DNA from: Octopus sinensis
Lineage: Eukaryota
Direction of reading: 5' to 3'
Length of the DNA stretch: 64,000 nucleotides
Assembly: GCF_006345805.1 (NCBI RefSeq)
Contig: NC_042997.1
Coordinates: 170,810,001 to 170,874,000 of the forward strand
Shown here one piece after another: positions 52,790 to 64,000 of the stretch. Below the pieces are notes generated by a model, which was given only the letters and a program-made list of their open reading frames with translations, did not search any database and was not told where the DNA came from. The number at the start of each line of letters is the position of its first letter. The first letter of the stretch is position 1. A program made the translations under genes and the position numbers.

Positions 52790-53375
52790 TTGTTTCAATC
52801 ATTAGACTGTGGCCATGCTGGGGCAACATCTTGAACAAATTGACCCTAGTACTTAAATGTTAAGTTTGTTATTTACTCTAGCAGTCCCTTTTGTGGAACT
52901 GCTAAGTTACAGGAGCATAAACTAACACTGGTTGTCATGTAACGGTGGTGGCAAAGAAGCAAACAGACACAAGGCGGCGAGCTGGCTGAATCGTTAGCAC
53001 GCCGGGCGAAATGCGTAGCCGTATTTCGTCTGCCGTTACGTTCTGAGTTCAAATTCCGCTGAGGTCGACTTTGCCTTTCATCCTTTCGGGGTCGATAAAT
53101 TAAGTACCAGTTACGCACTGGGATCGATGTGATCGACTTAATCCGTTTGTCTGTCCCCTCTATGTTTAGCCCCTTGTGGGCAATAAAGAAATAAGAAGCA
53201 AATAGACACAAACACACACATATTGGGCTTCCACACAGTTTCTGTGTTCTGAATTCGTTCACAAGGCAACTGTTGGCCTAGGGCTACAGTAGAAGATAAG
53301 GTGCTGTGCAGCAAGACTGAATCTAAAACCATGTGGTTGTAAAAAAGCAAGTTTCTTAACCACAGTCATGCCCCA
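52790..53375 (-). mobile_element. old SINE B interrupted by a young SINE A (52972-53195, plus)
   Basis: A copy flanked by AAGAAGCAAA(C/T)AGACACAA; the B halves are CpG-depleted, the A copy is CpG-intact. Confidence 0.85.
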
Positions 53376-55063
53376 AGCCTGAAGGAAAAAAAAATGCAAA
53401 TTAATAGTTTCACAATCAAAAGAATTCATGTAACAGTTTGTATTGTTGTATCTGAAATATTAGATTGATCTGGCCATTAATTAATTAATGAATTAAGAGT
53501 GAACAAACCATGGACAAATTTTATTTATTTGTGTTTTTTGTCTTTATTATTATTATACTTTTTTTTTCCAAAAGAAATGTAAACGGCTCAACTGTTATGC
53601 AAATTGTGGAGATAAAAATCAATCAAATAATAATAATAATAATAAATGATAATAATGATGATAATAATAATAATAATAGTTGTAATTATTATTATTACAA
53701 TAACCAAAGCATCCATAATAATAATAATAATAATAATAATGGTTATAATGATAATGGTCAGGACAGAAAGAGTAAAAAAATATATGCTCAACCTAGGAAA
53801 ATTTCAACTGATCCAAATTAAGCAGAGCTGATAAGGTATTGAAATGACAATGAGAGATAGATGTGAACAAGGTGTTTTTTTTTTTTGTTAAACTACAACT
53901 GTAACTAATTACATATACACTCAATTTTATACACTCAGCTTGTAGCACAAGGGATGGGATATTTTTTCTGTATGTTTTTTTTTATTAAAAAAAAAAATTA
54001 AAGAAGAAAAAATAAATATAAACCACTAATTACCCAACAAAAAAAAATTGAAATGAAAATAAAATCAATACACCTAAATTATACATATACATGCATATAT
54101 ACACATACATATATATGCTTACTCTCACACACACACATACACACACTCACATATATGTATATGTGTTATACATATATATTCATATAAATGCATATATATA
54201 TATATTATATATATATAAACATACATATACACACATATGTAAATATATGCATACACAGATATGCTTGTATATATGTGTGCATGTGTATGTGTGTACATGT
54301 GTGTGTATATATACATATATATATATGCAAACACACACACCTACGTGTATGTGTGTGTGTATATATATATATGTATAGACACACATATATATAACATATA
54401 TATTACACATATATTTTTAGATTTTTTTTCTTTAAGTACATAGTGGTTATTGTTGTAGTTTTCTACCAACAATTGAGAGTATTTTTTTATATTTTTTTTT
54501 GTAATTTTTTTTTTTCCATATTTTTAAAGGAATTCTTGTCCTTTCCATTTTGCAAAAGGTCCAAAATAGCAACCCCCCACCCCATGATAGGAATTTTACT
54601 CTGGTTCTTTCTTTCTTTCACTCCCCCATTTTTATTTTTCTTTCCAAATTTAATATTTTAAGTTAGTATTCTTGTTATTTAACATCATTTTAATTCAGAT
54701 ATTATGTTGTTTCCATGGAAAATTTTTTGGCTGTTTTTGTGTTTATTTATTTATTTAATTAATTAATTATTCTTCTTAAAATCCTGGGGCAGGTTGTAAA
54801 GTTAGAAATTTATATCAGCTCAGATACATACATTTTTTATTAAGTCATATTTTTTTAAAAGTTTTTTTTTTTTTGCTTGTCTTAATTATTTTTTGTTAAA
54901 GACTTTTTTGTTCTTTCTTGCTTTGTTTGTTTTGTTTGTTGAGAGAGGTAATCAAAAAACGGCTGATCTCTAAATAAGTACTGAATGTTGATGATGCAAC
55001 AGTCAAGAATAGAATGACTAGCATCGACACGAACAGGTCCAGAGCTATGAGAGTAAATGCGGT

Positions 55064-55384
<321 letters not shown>

Positions 55385-55425
55385 TTAACCTTTTACTATT
55401 CAGATTTCAGATTACTCTACCAAGT

Positions 55426-55786
55426 GGCGCAGGAGTGGCTGTGTGGTAAGTAGCTTGCTTACCAACCACATGGTTCCGGGTTCAGTCCCACTGCGTGACA
55501 CCTTGGGCAAGTGTCTTCTACTATAGCCTCGGGCCGATGTGAGTGGATTTGATAGACGGAAACTGAAAGAAGCCCGTCGTATATATATGTATATATATAT
55601 GTGTGTGTGTTTGTTCCTCTCAACATCGCTTGACAATCGATACTGGTGTGCTTGCGTCCCCATAACTTAGCGGTTCAGCAAAAGAAACCAACAGAATAAG
55701 TCCTAGAGTCCTGGGGTCAATTTGCTCGACTAAAGGTGGTGCTCCAGCATGGCCACAGTCAAATGACTGAAACAAGTAAAAGAGTA
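55426..55786 (+). mobile_element. SINE family B, intronic, antisense to UBE2E
   Basis: Full head to tail; several CpG-to-TpG/CpA changes. Confidence 0.92.
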
Positions 55787-58029
55787 CGTGTAATGCATAT
55801 TTATTCGTATAGTTTTGAATTAATCATGCATTATCTTGTAGCTTTGAGATTTCAATGATGTGTTTGTTTATTTTTAGGATGTAAGTTTGAGAGGCTGGAT
55901 CAGGCTGGCTTGAATATAAAACAGGTAGAATATTTAGGCTTTATATGGCTGGTTTAAATGCTAAAAGGTTAACAAAATCACTTGAGAACCCTGGATAGTT
56001 AAAGTGGAGCTCACTCTGTTCTAAGCATTCGAACGAGGTTTCCAATCTGAGGATGATAATTTGATGAAAATGTAGCTACCATTTCTAGCAGTTTAAATGA
56101 CACAGTAAGCCTCATTTGCTTGAAATTTTATAGCATAGGTGGTCCTTGTTGAAATTTAATTGAATCCCATTATCTTCGAAATATATTGGTGACCAGAACT
56201 GATGGTAAAATTTAGCAAATAGTCTCCTTTTTCTGTCAAGCGCATGGAGAAGGCAGGGGAGAGGAGATTTTGGCAGTTGGTTGGTGTAGTTCTTTGATTA
56301 GAAGTAAGACGATTGGGTATTGTTTGGACAGTAGTGATTGGCCAACTGGACACTGAATCTATTTTGGTGACAATACTTTTTAGCACTAGAGAGAGAGATA
56401 GGTGGAGAAACGGGGAGAGTGAGAGGGGGTAAGCGAGAAAGAGGAGAGAGAGAGAGAAAAAGAGAAACATTAAAACATCTGATGTCAGATGAGGCAGTGT
56501 TGAATCAATGATGCCAAACAGGCAGGGTCAAAATGGCTTGTACTCCATTTCCAACTTGGCCGCCAAAAACATATCTTCCCATCAACCATAGAGTGTGTCT
56601 ATTCATACCTATACTTTGCCCATTCCATCTTCCTTAAAATCCCATTCCTTTGAATTTTTCAGCAGCAGCAGTACTGCTGCCACTTTCACCAGTACCATCA
56701 CCACCACTTTGTATTCCCAGTAGATGTCTTGCAGATGTTCAAGCTGAACGTAAACACTATCAATCTCACCAATCTCGAAGGGCCTGCGAATCTCACAGGT
56801 GCAAGAACCCTCAACTCCTTTTGACTAAACTGTAAAAACAAAAAAAGACACCACCACTTGTAGCAAATCTTGATCCCATCCTTTATCTTTCATCTTTTAC
56901 TTGTTTCAGTCATTGAACCATGGTCATGCTGGGGCACCACCTTGAACTGTTTCGTTGAACAAATCAAACCCAGTACTCATTCTATCAGTCAATTTTGCTG
57001 AACTGCTAAGATACAAGGGCAAACACATCTCTCTCTCTCTCTCTGTATATATATAGGGAAGTAGAGTTAGCGGTTGGAATAACTGTCTAAGGGATAAGAA
57101 TAGTCGTACTTACTATCAGTATCAATTATCTATGTTAACCCTGGATATTGGTATGAATTACCTATGTTAACCACTATGCTCAAAGAGTACAGGTAATAAT
57201 GAAATAAACAAGAGATTATCAGGAATCAAATTTAAAATAAGCAGTAAATAAAGAAAACATTTGATCAACAAACAAACAAATTGACCAATATCAGTTAATT
57301 ATTTTTTAATACAAAACTTTAAAAAATAATTAACTTATATTGGTCAATTTGTTGATCAAGCGTTTTCTCCATTTTCTGCTTATCTCTCTCTATATAAACG
57401 GCATTTTGTCTGTCTATCTATCTATCTATATGTACATGATGGGCTTCTTTCAGTTTCTGTCTACCAAATCCATTCACAAGCATTTGGTCAGCCCAGGGCT
57501 ATAGTAGAAACACTTGCTCAAGGTGCCATGCAGTGGGAGTGAACCTGGTACCATGTGGTTAGGAGGCAAACTGCTTACCATACAACCATGCCTGCACCAA
57601 TATGACAAAACAGTTATTTTCAAGCATTGGTTAATAAGTCATGATGTAATAACATAATTAATCCTTTTGGGAACACTGCCTATAAAGTTTCAATTAATCT
57701 TAAAATTAATCTAATCAAGAATTTATTATGGATTTAGTAAGATTACTGAACATCATTAAGCTGGTATTGAAACTCTGCATATTAATTAATTATGATAGAA
57801 TTTAGGCATTCACAGGCAAGTTAGTATCAAAGAATGAAATATTTAAGGGTTATGACATTGCAAATTTGGACCTGTGAATTGCAGATCAATAGCAACTGAT
57901 TTTAGCACCCCAGACTCTTTTTAGAGAGAATTTCAAAGCCAAAGCCAGCCATCACTATGGTGGTCGTGAGGGAAAGGTAATTTCTGAACCTACTAGAAAC
58001 AGTAGCCAAATTTTCCTCAAAGCATATGA

Positions 58030-58244
58030 TAAATAATAAATGCACCCTTTTAAAGCCTAGCCAGACTCATGGCCCGGGACGCCAGTCCATTGCAGCGTTA
58101 CTCATTTTTGCCAGCTGAGTGGACTGGAGCAACGTGAAATGAAGTGTTTTTCTCAAGAACACAATGCGTTGCCTGATCCAGGAATCGAAACCACAATCAC
58201 ACGATCATGATGCTGACACCCTAACCATTAAGCCACACGCCTCC
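58030..58244 (-). mobile_element. SINE family C
   Basis: Aligns to 44980-45246 with an internal deletion. Confidence 0.88.
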
Positions 58245-58406
58245 ACAAAGCATGATAGCTTTCTCTAAAAAAAGAAACAAAGAATAAATCAGATAATGTA
58301 GTAGCATACAGGTTATGGACCCCATCCTTTCACCAAAAAAAAAAAAAACAACAAAAAACGGAATGGTCACCCGTGGAATGACTCATAACAAAAGAACCTC
58401 TCACAT

Positions 58407-59163
58407 CAGTGGTTCTCAACCATTTTTTTGCCTATGTACCCTTTTGATTCCTATTTTATTTGCATGGACCCTTATAACCATTCGAGGTTTAAAATATACT
58501 CCTCTCTTTTTACTCTTTTACTGGTTTCAGTCATTTGACTGCGGCCATGCTGGAGCACCACCTTTAGTAAAGCAAATCAAGGAAGCCTTGTACTTATTCT
58601 ATCAGTCTCTTTTTGCTGAACTGCTAAGTTACGGGGACATAAACACATGACCATCGGTTGTCAAGCGATGTTGGGGGACAAACACAGACACACAAACATA
58701 TACAAACACATACATATATATATATATATATATACACAACAGGCTTCTTTCAGCTTCCATCTACCAAATCCACTCACAAGGCCTTGAACCCAGAACCATG
58801 TGGTTGGTAAGCAAGCTACTTACCACACAGCCACTCCTGTGCCTATATCCTATTGTATTTTTAAGGAATTGTATTAAAAATATAGTTAAAATGTTTAAAT
58901 CGAATAACTAAACAAACAAGAGGATGTGCACATGGAATGTATTAGTTTGACACCCAGTAAAAAGAGAGAGTTTTTGATGTCTCAAGCAAAACTCTTCATC
59001 AGAAAGGAAAACAGAAAAGTCCAGAGTTGGAGAAATATCACCAACAGCATGTGTTGTTACATTGGATGTATTGTAAAAATATAATCAATTTATCGCATAT
59101 GAATTTCAACAAAATTTTACACGGACCCCTAAGGGCCATATGGATCTGGTTGAAAACCTCTGC
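58407..59163. mobile_element. hAT MITE carrying a nested SINE B (58505-58845, minus) and an HHR-1 repeat (58905-59030, minus)
   Basis: CAGTGGTTCTCAACC...GGTTGAAAACCTCTG with flanks TCTCACAT/CTCTACAT; minus CTGATGA-A-GAGT-TTT-GCTT-GAGAC-ATC at 59002-58976. Confidence 0.78.
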
Positions 59164-59259
59164 TCTACATGATCATTTGACCTGCTAGAAATAGCAACCA
59201 AGTTGCTTTTATACCAAACCCTATTCCTATAAAAAGGGTGGATAGTATGTGCAGATATA

Positions 59260-59778
59260 ACATAAATGAGAAATCGAAGTCGGAATCAAACTCAATTGCG
59301 AAGACCTGTTGAGGCACGTGAAATTGAAATCAAACTCGGTGACTGGCATCCGTTGCTAGTGGAGTGCTAAGACTACCATACGAGTGAGATCATTGCCAGA
59401 GCAACAAGCTGGCCTTCATGCCGATGGCATGTTAAACACACCATTCAAGCGTGATTGTTACCTGTGTCGCCTTACTAGCACTTGTGCTGGTGGCACGTGA
59501 AAAAAACATTCGAGCGAGGTCGTTGCCAGTGCTGCTGAACTGGCCCCTGTGCAGGTGCCACATAAAAAAAAGCACCATTTGAGCATGGCCGTTGCTAGTA
59601 CCACCAAACTGGCCCTCGTGCAGCTACTTCACTCTCGGAGTGGTTGGCATTAGGAAGGGCATCCAGCTGTAGAAACTCTGCCAGACCAGATTGGTGTCTG
59701 GTTCGACAGACGTCAATCAAATCGTCCAACCCATGCTAGCATGGGAAGCAGACGTCAAACGATGATGATGATGATGAT
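59260..59778 (+). mobile_element. SINE/LINE-tail repeat with internal tandem units and (GAT)n tail
   Basis: Repeated GTTGCCAG...CTGGCCC units, then TTGGCATTAGGAAGGGCATCCAGCTGTAG...CCAACCCATGC...AAACGATGATGAT; related minus copy at 63035-63225. Confidence 0.7.
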
Positions 59779-60384
59779 ATGAGATAGCCACAAATGGAAT
59801 ATTTTTGAACATAGGCATGCTTGATCAGAGCTGACCAACCACTGGCTAAACACAAACTACCAATCATAGACATAATGGTGAAATGGTAAGCTTCAGTAAT
59901 GGTATGTTGTGAAGTGGAGGTGTTAGACTGTCTATTGACATAGTCACATGGTCATACAGAGTCAAGCCTCTTTTCAGTCCATCACATAAGCTGGCCTGCA
60001 GCTTCCTCCCTTGACTATTCACATTTCACAGTTGAATGCTTCACCATAGAATACACACATACAGCTGTCACAAATTTGAAACAAGAAATCAATAACAGAA
60101 AATAAACAAATAAATAAATAAATAAGGTGGTGGTGGTGGGGAATGGTAGTGATCTTGGTGAAGTTTATTTGAAGCTGTGAAGTGAAGCAGAAATATTAAA
60201 AAAATATATTTGTGATATGGAAGATACTACAAAGCTATGTCATATATTTAGATTGAAGAAATAAAAAAAAAAAATTAGATATGAAAACGATACTACAATA
60301 CAGTTATTCCATGGAGAGCCTTCAGACCTTAAAGGTCACATTCTGGTGTTCTTAGTCATCACGTGTGGCTTTCTGCGATTTTTT

Positions 60385-60770
60385 TGTTGGCTGTGTGGTA
60401 AGTAGCTTGCTTATGAACCACATGGTTCAGGGTTCAGTTCCACAGCATGGCACCTTGGGCAAGTGTTTTCTACTATAGCCTCGGGCCAACCAAAGCCTTG
60501 TGAGTGGATTTGATAGACGAAAACTGAAAGAAGCCTGTTGTATATATGTATGTGTGTGTATACGTTTGTGTGTTCTGTGTTTGTCCCTCCAACATTGCTT
60601 GACAACCAATGCTGGTGTTTACATCCCCGTAACTTAGTGGTTCGGCAAAAGTGACTGATAAAATAAGTACTAGGCTTACAAAGAATAAGCCTTGGGGTCG
60701 ATTTGCTTGACTAAAGGCGGTGCTCCAGCGTGGCCACAGTCGAATGACTGAAACGAGTAAAAGAGTAAAT
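60385..60770 (+). mobile_element. SINE family B, intronic, CpG-decayed
   Basis: Full head, core, linker and tail. Confidence 0.9.
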
Positions 60771-61940
60771 CTTCATCATCATCGTTTAACATGTACTTCC
60801 CCATGTTTGCATGGGGTCAGACAGAATTTGTTGAGGTAGATTTTCTAGGATCAAATGCTTGTCTTGTTGTCAACCATCATGTTTTTAAGCAAGGTTATAT
60901 TTTCCCATAGCTAGACACTAGATATGTTTTCCATGGAAGACTAGAAACTAACAACCACACTTCATTTATAAAAAAGAGAGAAAAAAAAAAAGAGTTATGA
61001 ATATGAAACAACTGCATTTTTATACAACGGAATATGTTACTGCTAAAAGGATTGTTCCAAGTGCAAAGCGAACAAAATATAATTAAATAACTAGCCTTAT
61101 AATTGATTTACACTCATAAGTACAAAACTCATATAAATGTAACATTAGCAACATGAACAAACATGCTTAGATGTACAATATTTAGCAAGAGCCTACCAAG
61201 AGGCACATTGCTGAAATACAGTACTGTAAAAGAACAAATAGAATTGTTTCAAATTTTGGCACATGGCTGACAATTTTTTAAGGAAGCTAGTGGATCAGTT
61301 GACGCCATCTATCCTAATGCTCAACTGGTACTAATTTTATTGACCCCCGAAGAGATGAAAGGCAAAATCAACCTCAGCAAGATTTGATCTCAGAACATGA
61401 AAGAGCTAGAAGAAATGCCTCTAAGCATTGGTCCAATGCACAAATGATTTTGCCAATAATTGCTGAAAATGAAGAGAATACATGTGCAACTTTTGAAACC
61501 AAAGAATACAATAAAAGAATCAATGATTTTGTAAATCATGATAATACAACACAATGAAACTAGCTTTTCAACCATGCTTAGTGGAGTATCAATGGTACTA
61601 GACAGTTAGAAATAGAGCTGGCTGAATAGTTGTCTGAAGATTATTTTCTGAAATTTCTTAATTATGAAGTATGGAAGATAGCATTGAAATTTGGAGAAGG
61701 GCAGTTGAATGCCCTTGCCTTCACCAACAGCAAGTCAACTGATTTGGTGCTGTTAGTACAGCATACTGGTGTGAATCCATATTCTCATATTTGACACAAA
61801 TTCAGAATTTGTTAAGAATACATAAGACAGACAAATAACTAGGGAGCCAATTAAAACTAAAGAAAACTCCAAGTTAGAACCCGAATTTCACAATACTACC
61901 TCATCAGAAGAACTCTTGAAGAAGTCATTGGAAGAAGCCC

Positions 61941-61982
<42 letters not shown>

Positions 61983-62431
61983 CACGCGCATCTCTCTCTC
62001 TCTCTCTCTCTCCTATACTTGACATCTCATGAAAGATAGTCACTGTGATACAAGAAATGTCATTCATTTCCAACATTCTGTAAAAACATTTAACCATGGA
62101 GAAATATTACCTTGCTTGGAAATAGATGAGGGCTAGCAACACAGGAAAAGCATTTGGTCATAGAAAATCTGCCTCAATAAACTCTGAGTGAGGCATGCAA
62201 ACATGGTAAAGTGGATGATATAGTTGTGGTGGTGATGGTGATGATGATGATGATGATGATCCTCTTCCTCCAAGATAGCAGTGTGGGTGATTCAGCAATT
62301 GACAAGACCGATATGAAAATCTTGCATTTAACCATTTAAATTTCTATTCAGCACCACCCTGTTTTGCTACATTCAATGTCAACATAAGTTTTACCTGTTA
62401 GAGACACTGAGTGGCGAAAATACTTGGGTTA

Positions 62432-62632
<201 letters not shown>

Positions 62633-63034
62633 TCACTCAATCCTTGTTCCATTATACATCAATTATTACCATTTATGTTCTTACATAGTTGAGTTAGTGA
62701 GAGAGCCTCTACATGGTCTCTTGCAATAGCAGCCAAATATTCATCAAATTACACTGTATCATATAACAAGGAAGAAACACATTAGATAATGGTCATGCCT
62801 GGGAGGCATTTGCTTTTTGGTCTGCTGGATCTACATAGTCCAATGGATAAACAACAACTTTTTTACATAGTTATAACATCAGAAAAGTAGTAAAAGTTGT
62901 TCTTAGCTTTGGTCAGCTGAGAACTATGTCAATAAGATTAACAAATAAAATGTTTCATAGTTGTAACTTTCTATTGATTGATATTGTCTTTGCTGTAGGC
63001 CGCCGTCACCATCATTATCATCATCAACAACAAC

Positions 63035-63225
63035 AACATCGTTTAACGTCTGTTTTCCATGCTGGGATGGGTTGGATGGTTTGACTGAGGTCTGGATAGC
63101 CAGTAGCTGCACCAGGCTCCAATCTGCTCTGGTAATGTTTCTACAGCTGGATGTCCTTCCTAACACCAACCACTCCGAGAGTGTAGTGGGTGCCTTTTAC
63201 ATGTCACCGACACAAGAGCCATCCA
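63035..63225 (-). mobile_element. 3' part of the same (GAT)n-tailed repeat as 59260-59778
   Basis: CATCGTTTAACGTCTGTTTTCCATGCTGGGATGGGTTGG...GGATGTCCTTCCTAACACCAACC. Confidence 0.75.
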
Positions 63226-64000
63226 CAGGGGGTACTGGCAAGGTCATCAGCATAGATGAGCTTCCAGGGGCAGCCTATCTTGAATTCCTCTGTTATTGCC
63301 TGGAGGACTATAATGAATAAGAGGGGGCTGAGGACTGATCCTTGGTGAACCCCTACTTCTACTTGGAATTCTTTATTATACTAGTTGCCAAACCTCACCT
63401 TACTGACAGCATCCCTGTACAGGGCTTGTACAGCCCTTACCAGCCAAACCCTTTTGTTACCATATATCTGTTGAAATATACTATCTTTATTTCAATCTAT
63501 TTGAAAATAATGAAGAATTTAGTAAATTTATTCCATCTTTATAACTATGGTATTTGGAACAGGAATTAATGTGAGATTTTATGGCAGGTTATAATTTAAG
63601 TAAATTTAAGTAGGATCTATCTATCCATAGAACCTGAGCTGGTCTCTTACAGGTTGGAATCAAATCAGTTAGAGTTTACTTCTTAAACTGAGCATGTTGT
63701 GTGATTGCTGGCATATCACACATTACAGAATTGTTGTGTTCACAACAGTCTTCGAACTCCATACTATGGCAACATTTTAAATACCAGAGATACTTGTACA
63801 TAGGCTCATACACTTCAAATACAAGTGTTGAGGCTGACTTCTCCAATGCACATACCGCTATAAGGTTGTCACAAAATCTTAACCCTTTAATACCAATCTG
63901 CCTAAGACTGCCTTTGATCCTGTGATACAGCTTCCCGTTTTAACCCTTTAGTATTCAAACCAGCCATATCAGGCTCAAATATTCTACATACTTTATGTTC

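Noticed and set aside
61876-61907. Further weak hammerhead-like words (61907-, 2999+, 28455+, 30667-, 56047+)
   Set aside because: CUGANGA and a GAAA-like word are present but stems I and II do not pair convincingly; may be chance or very decayed copies.

Overview
Repeat-dominated animal genomic DNA, most likely octopus. That call is an inference from the tRNA-headed SINE families, the very dense TA/CA/TACA/TATC microsatellites and the AT-richness. Only one host gene is supported: the last two coding exons of a UBE2E-class ubiquitin-conjugating enzyme on the minus strand (62462-62594 and 55064-55309), with the 5' exons beyond 64000. The rest is SINEs (working labels A, A2, B, C, D), LINE remnants (RTE, CR1/L2-like, Tx1/L1), Tc1/mariner, hAT and Helitron relics, and many long inverted-repeat (foldback/MITE) elements. 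A 100-N gap at 13437-13536 is flanked by a ~3.9 kb near-identical duplication that is probably an assembly artefact. Main hunt results: (1) at least three families of hammerhead-ribozyme-like motifs in short Penelope-LTR-like repeats, one with a swapped G3:C8 core pair at two independent loci; (2) a Tx1 LINE inserted in a (TATC)n microsatellite; (3) combinatorial head/tail swapping among SINEs; (4) a CpG-decay step that tracks the UBE2E gene body. All calls were made by eye; no searches or folding programs were run.
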